DNA from: Alphaproteobacteria bacterium
Lineage (GTDB): Bacteria > Pseudomonadota > Alphaproteobacteria > MPNO01
Direction: 5' to 3'
Assembly: GCA_964291675.2 (NCBI GenBank)
Contig: OZ219866.1
Location: 1,088,001 to 1,152,000 of the forward strand
DNA length: 64,000 nt
Positions 1 through 8,669 of this stretch are shown here, in pieces. The notes under the pieces were generated by a model, which worked only from the letters and a program-made list of their open reading frames with translations, made no database searches and was not told the DNA's origin. The position numbers were made by a program, and so were the translations under genes. Within the stretch, counting starts at the first letter, position 1, and each line of letters begins with the position of its first letter.

Positions 1-1019
1 TGCGCTCGCTCGCCCGCGACGGGCTCGACGATTTCTACCGGGGAGCCCTCGCGCGGCGCATCGCGGCCGACCTCGGCCGGCTCGGCGCGCCGCTGGACGC
101 GGACGATCTCGCCCGCCACCGGGCGCGGCGCGTCGACCCGCTCTCGGTCGATCTCGCCGCCGGCACGGTCTACAACATGCCGCCGCCGACGCAGGGCGCG
201 ACCGCGCTGATGATCCTCGGGCTGATCGACCGGCTCGGGCTGGAGGACGCGGGGCCGGACGGTTTCGCCCATATTCACCTGATCGTCGAGGCGACCAAGC
301 GCGCTTTCATGCTGCGCAACGCGCATCTCGGCGACCCGGCGACGATGGAGGTCGACGCCGCGGACTGGCTCGCACCCGGGTCGCTCGACGAGACGGCGCG
401 CGGGATCGACCGCAAGACCGCCGCGCCCTGGCCGCAGGCGGGGCCGGACGGCGACACCATCTGGATGGGCGCGGTCGATGACGCCGGGCGGGCGGTCAGT
501 TTCATCCAGAGCCTGTATTGGGAGTTCGGCTCCGGCCTGGTGCTGCCGGAGACCGGGCTGTTGTGGCAGAACCGCGGCTCCGGCATGCGGCTCGCCGGGA
601 GCGGACCCAACCGCCTTGCCCCCCTGCGCAAGCCGTTCCATACCCTGAACCCGCCGCTCGCGCGTCTCGCCGACGGGCGGGTGATGGTCTTCGGCACGAT
701 GGGCGGGGAAGGCCAGCCGCAGACCCAGGCCGCGCTCTACAGCCGCATCGTGACCTTCGACCGGGACCCGCAGGCGGCGGTCAGCGCGCCGCGCTGGCTG
801 CTCGGGCGCGCCTGGGGCGAGGAGACCACGTCGCTCAGGATCGAGGAGGGCTTCGAGCCGGAGACGGTGGGCGCGCTCGTCGAGGCCGGGCACGAGGTCG
901 AGCCGGTCCCCGCCCACAGCGACGTGATGGGCCACGCCGGCGTGGCGATCCGCCACCCGGACGGGAGCCTGTCCGGCGCCAGCGACCCGCGCAGCAACGG
1001 CGCGGTCGCCGCCTGGTGA
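1..1019 (+). CDS. gamma-glutamyltransferase family protein (5' truncated by window edge)
   Basis: Frame open from position 3 (RSLARDGLDDFYRGALARRIAADL); GGT motifs PPPTQG, GDTIW (Thr nucleophile), SFIQSLYWEFGSG, FHTLNP, GTMGGEGQPQ, ASDPRSNG. Confidence 0.9.
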   Translation, partial: RSLARDGLDDFYRGALARRIAADLGRLGAPLDADDLARHRARRVDPLSVDLAAGTVYNMPPPTQGATALMILGLIDRLGLEDAGPDGFAHIHLIVEATKRAFMLRNAHLGDPATMEVDAADWLAPGSLDETARGIDRKTAAPWPQAGPDGDTIWMGAVDDAGRAVSFIQSLYWEFGSGLVLPETGLLWQNRGSGMRLAGSGPNRLAPLRKPFHTLNPPLARLADGRVMVFGTMGGEGQPQTQAALYSRIVTFDRDPQAAVSAPRWLLGRAWGEETTSLRIEEGFEPETVGALVEAGHEVEPVPAHSDVMGHAGVAIRHPDGSLSGASDPRSNGAVAAW

Positions 1020-1023
1020 GGCC

Positions 1024-1866
1024 TCAGCCCGCGTTGACGCGGCGCAGGAAGTCGAGCACCTGGGCGTTGAACCGCTCGGCGTGCTCGATATTGGGGCAGT
1101 GCCCGCAATTCTCGTAGACGTGGACCTCCGCGCCCGCGATGCGCGCGGCGAGCTTCGGCGCATAGCCCGGCTCGCGCAGCGGATCGTTGGCGCCGGCGAC
1201 GATTAGGGTGGGCACCGCGATGTTCTCGTAGGGCGTCGCGTCCGGGGTGCCGAAGCCGGAGCCCGCGCCGCCCTCCGCCGGCGGGCGCAGGCGCGGCGCC
1301 GACTGGCACTCCCAGGCGCCCTTCATGCGGGCGAACTCCTGGCGCCGGGCCACATGGTCGTCGTCGTCGCCCCATTTCGGGTCGTGCAGCATCGCCTTGA
1401 CCAGCGCCCGCATCGCGTCCTCGCTGCCGTCATAGGCGAGCAGGGTCTTGCGCTCCTCGGTCTCCGGGGTGAACCCGCCGCCGCTGCACAGCACGATCGA
1501 GCGCAGCGGCAGGAGGTCGGGCTCGGTGGCGGCGATGCGCGCGAGATTGCTGCCGCCCATCGAGTTGCCGATGAAGTCGGCCTCGGCGATCCCCATCGCC
1601 TCGACGAAGCGCTGCATGTGGCGGTAGACGCGGCTTCGCGCATCGCCGAAGTCGAACACCTTGTCGGTGCGCCCGAAGCCGAGCCAGTCGGGCGCGACGA
1701 CGCGGAACTCGGGCGCCAGCGCCGGCATGGTGAACTGCCAGCTTATCTCCGCCGCGCCGCCGTACTCGCCGGAATGCAGCAGCACCACCGTCGGCCCCTC
1801 CCCGGCCTCCAGGTAGTGGGTGCGGATGCCGTCGATGTCGACGAACCTGCTGGCGATCTCGGTCAT
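1024..1866 (-). CDS. alpha/beta hydrolase (MhpC/BphD-like)
   Basis: Real start MTEIASRF inside the longer ORF; VVLLHSG, APDWLGFGRT, GNSMGG nucleophile elbow, GAND, CGHCPN. Confidence 0.85.
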   Translation of the reverse strand: MTEIASRFVDIDGIRTHYLEAGEGPTVVLLHSGEYGGAAEISWQFTMPALAPEFRVVAPDWLGFGRTDKVFDFGDARSRVYRHMQRFVEAMGIAEADFIGNSMGGSNLARIAATEPDLLPLRSIVLCSGGGFTPETEERKTLLAYDGSEDAMRALVKAMLHDPKWGDDDDHVARRQEFARMKGAWECQSAPRLRPPAEGGAGSGFGTPDATPYENIAVPTLIVAGANDPLREPGYAPKLAARIAGAEVHVYENCGHCPNIEHAERFNAQVLDFLRRVNAG

Positions 1867-1871
1867 CGGAC

Positions 1872-3104
1872 CTACCGCACGAAGGCGAAGCCGAGATCGC
1901 CGAGCGAGGTCGCCTCGACGTCGGGCAGCGAGTTGCGCAGATAGGTCATGCGGTCGGGATCGTAGGATTCGGTGAGCTCGCGCAGCCGCGGATAGACTTC
2001 GTCGTTGAACAGCTGCATCGAGCTCAGCGTGTCGCCGTAGCTGAGGAACCCGGCCTGGCCCATCATCAGCAGATGGCCGAAGCCGCCGGAATACTCCCAG
2101 AACGCCTTGATCTGCTCGAACACCTTGTCCGGCGTGCCGGCGAACACGTTGCCGCGCGCCATCTGGTCGTCGAGCTGCGGGTTGAGCGGCACCCCGGCGC
2201 CGCCGCGCGCGCCCTTCATGATCATCGCCGCGACATGCGGCGGGTGGTAGCCGGGCGGGTTGTTCCACTGCGCCGCGACCTTGTTGGAGGTCATGTACCA
2301 GAGGATCTTTTCCGCCCCCTCGCGCGCCCGGCTCTCGTTCTCGCCGACATGGATCAGCGCGCAATAGGCGAGCCGGTCGAGCGGCGCCTCGGTGCCATGC
2401 GCCTCGCGGTAGCCGCCGCGGTAGCCGTCGAAGATCGTGCGGATGCCGTTATAGCCGGCGAGGAAGACCGCCCCGACATGCTTGTGCTTCGAAACCTGGA
2501 CGCCGCTGCCGGCGCTGCCGATGGTCACCCAGACCGGCGGGTGGGGCTGCTGGTAGGGGCGCGGCCAGATATTGACCTGGCGCATGTGGTAGAAACGGCC
2601 CTCGAAGTTGAACGGACCCTCGTGGTGGGTCCACGCCTTCATGATCAAATCGTGCGCCTCCCACAGCCGTTCGGTGCCGCGGAACGCGATCACGTTGGCG
2701 GGCGCGGACTCGTAGGGCACCCCGCGCACGAAGCCGCATTCGAGCCGGCCGCGCGACAGCACGTCGACCATCGCCATCTCCTCGGCGACGCGCACCGGGG
2801 TGTTCCGGTTGGATATCGGGTTGCCGAGGATCAAGAGCCGCGCGCGCTTGGTCTCGCGCGCCAGGATCGCCAGCATCAGCGGCGCCGCCGGCACCACGCA
2901 GGTGGCGGTCTGGTGATGCTCGTTGAGCATGATCTCCAGGCCGATCTCGTCGGCCGCGTTCCACATGTCGAGATAGCGGTGGTAGAGGTCGGCGCCGATA
3001 TCGGGATCGTAGTGCTTGTTGGGCAGGTTGACCCGGATCGACTCGTAGGTGTCCGGGTCGGGCAAATACGGGTAGGCGTCTTCGGTAAAGAACCAGGTCT
3101 TCAA
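1872..3104 (-). CDS. LLM-class flavin-dependent oxidoreductase (luciferase-like monooxygenase)
   Basis: NEHHQT, PVRVAEEMAMVDVLSRGRLECGFVRG, WPRPYQQPHPPVW. Confidence 0.9.
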   Translation of the reverse strand: MKTWFFTEDAYPYLPDPDTYESIRVNLPNKHYDPDIGADLYHRYLDMWNAADEIGLEIMLNEHHQTATCVVPAAPLMLAILARETKRARLLILGNPISNRNTPVRVAEEMAMVDVLSRGRLECGFVRGVPYESAPANVIAFRGTERLWEAHDLIMKAWTHHEGPFNFEGRFYHMRQVNIWPRPYQQPHPPVWVTIGSAGSGVQVSKHKHVGAVFLAGYNGIRTIFDGYRGGYREAHGTEAPLDRLAYCALIHVGENESRAREGAEKILWYMTSNKVAAQWNNPPGYHPPHVAAMIMKGARGGAGVPLNPQLDDQMARGNVFAGTPDKVFEQIKAFWEYSGGFGHLLMMGQAGFLSYGDTLSSMQLFNDEVYPRLRELTESYDPDRMTYLRNSLPDVEATSLGDLGFAFVR

Positions 3105-3119
3105 GGTCGGGCTCCTCGA

Positions 3120-3896
3120 TCAGGACGCGAAGGCGAGAAATTCGGCGAGGAAGGCCTCGGGCTGCTCGGCCTGCGGCGCGTGCCCGGCCTCGGGGATCAC
3201 CGCCAGCCGGGCGCCGGGGATCATGTCGCGGAAGGCCGCCCCGTATTCCGGGGTGACCAGGCGATCGCTCTCGCCCCAGATCAGCAGCGTCGGGATGTCG
3301 ATGCGGTGCAACAGCCCGGGAAGCTTCGGGTTGTGCATGTAGGGATCGAAGGTATAGAGCGCGAGCGCGACCCTGTTGCCGGCCATCGCGGCCAGCGCCT
3401 CGTCGTCCATCTCGGCGATATTGGGCGCCTTGGAGGTGTCGTGCCAGGTGATCTTCACCAGCTCCGCCGGGGGCAGCGCGAACACGTCGGCGACGTCCCG
3501 CGTGTCGCGGTCGCCGGGCTTGATGCCGACGGAATCGACCAGCACCAGTTTGGAGAAGCGGGCCGTCGTCATCACCGCGAGCTCGGCCGCCGTCCAGCCG
3601 CCCATCGAGAACCCCATCACCACGGCGTCCTCGATGTCGAGCGCGTCGATGAAGTCGAGATAGAGGAATTTGAGGTCGTGGATGTCGTCGAAGCGATCGG
3701 GGATGCGGGTGCCCGCGAAGCCGGGATGGATCGGGGCGATCACGTCGAACCGCTCCATCAACCTGGCCGCGAAGGGCATCGGCGCGACCGGCCCGCCGCC
3801 GCCATGCAGCATGAGCAGCGTCTGCCCGCTGCCCCGGCGCATATAGGGCAGCTCGATCCCCTGCAGCGTTATCGATTCCATCTTGCCGTCAGACAC
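3120..3896 (-). CDS. alpha/beta hydrolase
   Basis: LMLHGGGG, HPGF, GFSMGGW, WGESD, AGHAPQ. Confidence 0.88.
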   Translation of the reverse strand: MSDGKMESITLQGIELPYMRRGSGQTLLMLHGGGGPVAPMPFAARLMERFDVIAPIHPGFAGTRIPDRFDDIHDLKFLYLDFIDALDIEDAVVMGFSMGGWTAAELAVMTTARFSKLVLVDSVGIKPGDRDTRDVADVFALPPAELVKITWHDTSKAPNIAEMDDEALAAMAGNRVALALYTFDPYMHNPKLPGLLHRIDIPTLLIWGESDRLVTPEYGAAFRDMIPGARLAVIPEAGHAPQAEQPEAFLAEFLAFAS

Positions 3897-4066
3897 TATC
3901 CTCGTCCGCTTCCTGTTCGTCCGTCATGCGTGATGCGGCCGGTCCGGCGCGGCGCGCCGACCGTTAGCTGGCCACGGAACACTACGCACCGGCCCGGCGG
4001 TTGGCAACGCGGCTTTGACCGGAGACTCGCCCGCCGCTATCGTCCGCCGAAGCTGGGAGGCGCGCG

Positions 4067-4654
4067 ATGGAACGGACCGGAATGCTGCCCGCGGTGGAGG
4101 ATTTCGTGGCGGCGCTGCGCGCGGCCTGCGCCGCCGGTCTGGAGGGCGAGGCGCGCTGGCGGCGCTGCGGCGAGTTGCTGGGGCCGCTGCTCGCCGACCC
4201 GGCGCTCAAGGCGCATGCAAGGGGCTGGCCGGTCGGCGGCTTCGACGGCAGGAAGGTCGAGAACCTGCTGTTCTATGTCGACCCGGATTACGGCTTCGCG
4301 CTCAACGGGCTGATCAAGCGGCCAGGCGGGCGGGCGCAGATCCACGATCACGGCCCGGCCTGGACGGTCTACGGCCTGCTCGAAGGGCGCGAGCGGATCG
4401 TCCGCTTCGGCGTGGTGACCGGCGAGGGCGGCGCGAGACGGCTCGAAGAGACGGCGTCGATCGAGTGCGGCCCGGGCGATGTCGACATCGTGCCGCCGCA
4501 CGAGATCCATTCCGAGTATGCCGGCGACAGCAGGACGGTCGCCTTCATCGTGCGCAGCCAGCGCACCGGCACCTTCAGGCAGAAGGGCTACGAGACCGGC
4601 GTCGACGGCGAGCCCATCCCCGGCCCCAACCAGGTGCCCTACGCGCTGGGCTGA
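4067..4654 (+). CDS. cupin / cysteine dioxygenase-like metalloprotein
   Basis: IHDHG..W.VYG.L.G.E plus PPHEIHSE (3-His cupin pattern); start may be 4082. Confidence 0.65.
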   Translation: MERTGMLPAVEDFVAALRAACAAGLEGEARWRRCGELLGPLLADPALKAHARGWPVGGFDGRKVENLLFYVDPDYGFALNGLIKRPGGRAQIHDHGPAWTVYGLLEGRERIVRFGVVTGEGGARRLEETASIECGPGDVDIVPPHEIHSEYAGDSRTVAFIVRSQRTGTFRQKGYETGVDGEPIPGPNQVPYALG

Positions 4655-4657
4655 GCC

Positions 4658-5707
4658 CTATTCCGGGACCGCCGCGCCGGCGCCGCTTGCAACGCCTTCC
4701 CCCCAGACATCCGGCAGGGTGAAGCCCGCGGCGAAGGGGTCCGACGGGTCGGCGCCGAGCGTGCCGCGGCCGAATATCCAGGCGCGGCCGGATATCTCGG
4801 GGACGATCGCGGCATGCCGCCCGACCCGCGCCGGGCGGGCGATGCGGGCGGTGAACGCGCTGTCGACGATCGAGCGCGTCTCCAGCGACCCGCCGACGCC
4901 GAGCTCGCCGCGCGCATGCAGCGCGGCCAGCAGGGCGGCGCTGCCGGTGCCGCAGGGAGAGCGGTCGAGGCGCCCGGGATACATCACGTTGCCGGTCCGC
5001 ACGGTGTCGCCCCGGCGGCGATGGAAGAGCGCGTATTCCACCGCCTCGAACCCGTCGAGCAGGGGATGGCGCAGGGCGATCTGTTCGCGTGCGGCGGCGC
5101 GGATCCGGCTGCCCAGCGAGACCAGCTCGCGCGCCTCGGCGGGGGCGATGTCGAAGCCGAGCGCGGCCGCATCGACCAGCACGAACCAGCACCCGCTGAA
5201 GGCCGTATCGACGGCGAGCGTCCCGAGCCCTTCGACCTCGAGCGGATGGTCGAGAGCGGCCGCAAAGCTCGGGACGAACTCGAGCGTCACGCGCTCGCAC
5301 CGCCCTGCGGCGCAGGACGCCACGGCGCGCACCAGCCCCGCCGCGGTCTCCAGCACGACCGGGGTTCGCGGGCCGGCGATCGGCAGCATGCCGGTCTCCA
5401 GCAGCACCGTGACCACGCACATGGCGTTGGATCCGGACATCGCATGCACCCCGTCGGGCTGCAGGATCACGAAGCCGGCATCGGCCGCCGCGTCGCTCGC
5501 CGGCAGCACCAGGTTGGCCGACATCTGCGGCTTGCCGCGCGGCTCGAACAGGGCGAGGCCGAACAGGGGATGGTCGCCCGGGGCGAGATGCGCCAGCTTG
5601 TCGGCGACGGTGCGGCCCGGGATCTCCGGCGCGCCGCCGGTGATCACCAGCCCCACCTCGCCCTCGGCGTGGGCCCAGACCACGTCGAGGCTGGGAGACA
5701 GGCTCAT
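4658..5707 (-). CDS. proline racemase family protein (Ser/Cys dyad)
   Basis: HAEGEVG, EPRG, AMSGSN, DRSPCGTG, DPSDPF. Confidence 0.9.
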   Translation of the reverse strand: MSLSPSLDVVWAHAEGEVGLVITGGAPEIPGRTVADKLAHLAPGDHPLFGLALFEPRGKPQMSANLVLPASDAAADAGFVILQPDGVHAMSGSNAMCVVTVLLETGMLPIAGPRTPVVLETAAGLVRAVASCAAGRCERVTLEFVPSFAAALDHPLEVEGLGTLAVDTAFSGCWFVLVDAAALGFDIAPAEARELVSLGSRIRAAAREQIALRHPLLDGFEAVEYALFHRRRGDTVRTGNVMYPGRLDRSPCGTGSAALLAALHARGELGVGGSLETRSIVDSAFTARIARPARVGRHAAIVPEISGRAWIFGRGTLGADPSDPFAAGFTLPDVWGEGVASGAGAAVPE

Positions 5708-5783
5708 CGCGGCATTTCCCGAGGGCAGGAAAAAGCAATGATATAATGTTGCAATATTCCGCAGGGCGGCTTATCGTCGGTTC

Positions 5784-5860
5784 CGCGCCCGGCCATTGCC
5801 CGGTGCACCTTCGTTCTAACTGCCCCCGGATGTCGTGCCGTCATCCGGGGGTTTTTCTTT
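5784..5860 (+). ncRNA. candidate small RNA
   Basis: TTGCAA-17-TATCGT (5749-5777) and TGaTATAAT (5739-5747) upstream; 5' hairpin, pyrimidine-rich linker ACCTTCGTTCTAACT, strong terminator; no credible + strand CDS upstream. Confidence 0.5.
5823..5860 (+). terminator. rho-independent terminator
   Basis: CCCCCGGATG...CATCCGGGGG stem followed by TTTTTCTTT. Confidence 0.75.
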
Positions 5861-5889
5861 CTGCCGGCGCCCCGCGGCCAAGACCGACA

Positions 5890-5917
5890 GGGGCCCGGCC
5901 GTTTCCGGCCGGGCCCC
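5890..5917 (-). terminator. hairpin downstream of tRNA-Ala
   Basis: GGGGCCCGGCCG-tttc-CGGCCGGGCCCC, 12-bp stem with a GAAA loop on the - strand; no clear U tract. Confidence 0.5.
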
Positions 5918-5923
5918 CGCTAC

Positions 5924-5999
<76 letters not shown>

Positions 6000-6024
6000 C
6001 TCTCTCGTCGACCCGCCGGCGGAC

Positions 6025-6405
6025 CTACCGCCCGCCGTCCATGACGCCGGGAAGGTCGTCGTCCTCCTCGTCGTCCTCGTCCAGCTCGGACGTGTCCTTG
6101 ATCATACCGTCATCGTCTTGCGTGTCGATAACCTCGTCGTCGATATCGCCGTCCTCGACCTCGACGATGCCGGCCGCCTGCTCCTCTTCGCCCTCGATCC
6201 CGGGGGTTTCCCGCTTGGCCGCCGGCTTCGCCGCGGCGGGCGGGGCGGCCACCGCGGATGGGCGGGCGCGACGCGGCCTCAGCATCGCCAGCGGATCGAA
6301 CACCGCCTGGCAACCGGGGCAGACGATGGGATCGCGGCGAAAGTCGTAAAACCGTTTGCCGCAATCCCGACAGCTCCGCTTCAGTCCCCATTCGGGCTTC
6401 GCCAA
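6025..6405 (-). CDS. TIGR02300 / FYDLN_acid family protein
   Basis: TTG start (M)AKPEWGLKRSCRDCGKRFYDF...CPGC then acidic tail; usual position between tRNA-Ala and aroA. Confidence 0.88.
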   Translation of the reverse strand: MAKPEWGLKRSCRDCGKRFYDFRRDPIVCPGCQAVFDPLAMLRPRRARPSAVAAPPAAAKPAAKRETPGIEGEEEQAAGIVEVEDGDIDDEVIDTQDDDGMIKDTSELDEDDEEDDDLPGVMDGGR

Positions 6406-6576
6406 CTCGTCCTCCGTCGACATCGAAACGGGGAGCCATTGCCACGAACGAAACGTTCTGTCAAAGCCAAGTTGCACCCGCCGCGCGCGCCCGATTGGCG
6501 CATCGCGGCGGCGGCTCTGGCGGTGCCCGCCGGCGCTGTGCTACACCCGGCGCGCCCAATTCAAACCCGTTCCAAG

Positions 6577-7923
6577 ATGGCGATGCTGGATTCGGGAACC
6601 GCCGGCACGCTGTGCGGCACCGTGCGGGTCCCAGGCGACAAGTCGATCTCTCACCGCGCCCTGATCGTGAGCGCGCTCGCGGTCGGGGAGTCGCGTATCG
6701 ACGGGCTGCTGGAAGGCGACGACGTGCTCGCCACGGCGGCGGCGCTCGGCGCGCTCGGCGCGTCGGTCGAGCGTGTCGGGCCCGGACGGTGGTCGGTTCG
6801 CGGCGCCGGGATCGGCGGGCTGGCCGAGCCGGACACGGTTCTCGACCTCGGCAATTCGGGAACCTCGGCGAGACTCCTGCTTGGCGTGCTCGGCACCCAC
6901 AACCTGACCGCGTTCCTGACCGGCGACGCCTCGCTGCGGTCCCGGCCGATGGGCCGGGTCTCGGAGCCGCTGCGCGGCATGGGTGCGACGGTCGCGGCGC
7001 GCGATGGCGACAGGCTGCCGCTGATGGTGACCGGCGCGCGGGACCCGGTGCCGATCGAGTACACGCTTCCCGTCCCCTCGGCCCAGGTCAAGTCGGCGAT
7101 CCTGCTCGCCGCGCTCAACACGCCGGGCGAGACCACGGTCATCGAGCCGCGCGCGACGCGCGACCACAGCGAATTGATGCTGCGCCATTTCGGGGTCGAT
7201 ATCGCCGTCGCCGAGACCGGCGCACGCCGCGCGATCACGCTCCGCGGCCAGCCGGAGATCGAGGGCCGCGCGGTGTCGGTCCCGGCCGACATCTCCTCGG
7301 CGGCGTTCCCCGGCGTGGCCGCCCTGCTGGTGCCGGGCTCGGAGGTCGAGATCCCGGATGTCGGGCTCAACCCGACGCGCACGGGCCTGCTCGAATGCCT
7401 CGACGAGATGGGCGCCCGGATCGCCATCGCCGGCGCCGCGCCGGACCGCGCCGAGCCGGTCGGCGGGCTCTGCTTCCGCCATCCCGGGCCGGGCGGGCTG
7501 CGGGCGATCGAGGTGCCGGCGGAGCGCGCGCCGCGGATGATCGACGAGTACCCGATCCTCGCCGTCGCCGCGGCCTTCGCGCAGGGCACGACGCGGATGC
7601 ACGGGCTCGGCGAGCTCAGGGTCAAGGAGAGCGACCGGCTGGCGGCGATCGCCGGCGGGCTGCAAGCCGCTGGCGTCGCCGCGGCGGCGCGGGGCGACAC
7701 GCTGACCGTCGAGGGCGCCGCCGGCCGGCCGCCGGGCGGGGTGACGATCGATGCCGGGCACGACCACCGGATCGCGATGGCCTTCCTGGTGCTCGGCCTG
7801 GCCTGCGAGCGGCCCATCCGGGTGACCGGCAGCGAGACCATCGACACCAGTTTTCCCGGTTTCGTCGCGGCGATGAACGGGCTCGGCGCGGCGATCGCGG
7901 CGCCGGACGCGGCGGATGGCTGA
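6577..7923 (+). CDS. aroA: 3-phosphoshikimate 1-carboxyvinyltransferase
   Basis: PGDKSISHR, LDLGNSGT, SAQVKS, RDHSE, LRVKESDR, DHRIAM. Confidence 0.97.
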   Translation: MAMLDSGTAGTLCGTVRVPGDKSISHRALIVSALAVGESRIDGLLEGDDVLATAAALGALGASVERVGPGRWSVRGAGIGGLAEPDTVLDLGNSGTSARLLLGVLGTHNLTAFLTGDASLRSRPMGRVSEPLRGMGATVAARDGDRLPLMVTGARDPVPIEYTLPVPSAQVKSAILLAALNTPGETTVIEPRATRDHSELMLRHFGVDIAVAETGARRAITLRGQPEIEGRAVSVPADISSAAFPGVAALLVPGSEVEIPDVGLNPTRTGLLECLDEMGARIAIAGAAPDRAEPVGGLCFRHPGPGGLRAIEVPAERAPRMIDEYPILAVAAAFAQGTTRMHGLGELRVKESDRLAAIAGGLQAAGVAAAARGDTLTVEGAAGRPPGGVTIDAGHDHRIAMAFLVLGLACERPIRVTGSETIDTSFPGFVAAMNGLGAAIAAPDAADG

Positions 7924-8575
7924 GGCGCCGGTCGTCGTCGCCATCGACGGCCCGGCGGCGAGCGGCAAGGGCACGCTGGCGCGGCGCCTTGCCGCGCAGC
8001 TAGGCCTCGCCCATCTCGACACCGGGCTGCTCTACCGGGCGACGGCGAGACGGGTGATGGAGGCCGGCGGCGATGCGGCGGACGGCGCCGCGGCGCTGCG
8101 CGCTGCGCGGTCGTTGACGGCCGCCGATCTCCAGGGCGACGGGCTGCGGGATGAGACGGTGACGGCGGCGGCCAGCGTCGTCGCCGCCGATGCGGCGGTG
8201 CGCGCGGCCCTGCTCGACTACCAGCGCGGCTTTGCCGCCGCCCCGCCGGACGGCGCGCCCGGCGCGGTGCTGGAGGGGCGCGACATCGGCACCGTGGTCT
8301 GCCCGGACGCGCGGGTCAAGATCTTCCTCGACGCACACGAAGACGTGCGCGCCGGGCGGCGCCTGCGGGAGTTGTTGCAACGCGGCGCAAAAGGTATACA
8401 TGCAGAGGTTCTGCGTGACTTGAGAGCGCGCGACGCCCGGGATCGGGGTCGCGCCGCGGCGCCGCTGGCACCCGCCGAAGACGCCTTCGTGATCGATAGC
8501 TCGACCATGGATGCGGACGAGGTGTTCCGTCGGGCGCTCGCGCTTATCGACACGCGGACGACGATCCGAAAGTAG
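7916..8575 (+). CDS. cmk: cytidylate kinase
   Basis: AIDGPAASGKGT, LDTGLLYR, EGRDIGTVVCPDA. Confidence 0.96.
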   Translation: MAEAPVVVAIDGPAASGKGTLARRLAAQLGLAHLDTGLLYRATARRVMEAGGDAADGAAALRAARSLTAADLQGDGLRDETVTAAASVVAADAAVRAALLDYQRGFAAAPPDGAPGAVLEGRDIGTVVCPDARVKIFLDAHEDVRAGRRLRELLQRGAKGIHAEVLRDLRARDARDRGRAAAPLAPAEDAFVIDSSTMDADEVFRRALALIDTRTTIRK

Positions 8576-8669
8576 TGTCGCCCGGAAAACCTGCGATGCG
8601 CACGGTCTTCCGGACGGCGCCGGTTTCGGGCCCGACAGGCAGGAAAACAGAGGCCAGGCAGGAACGCCG

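Noticed and set aside
1-5923. tRNA-Ala-anchored integrative island
   Set aside because: No integrase, no duplicated tRNA 3' end and no composition shift within the window.
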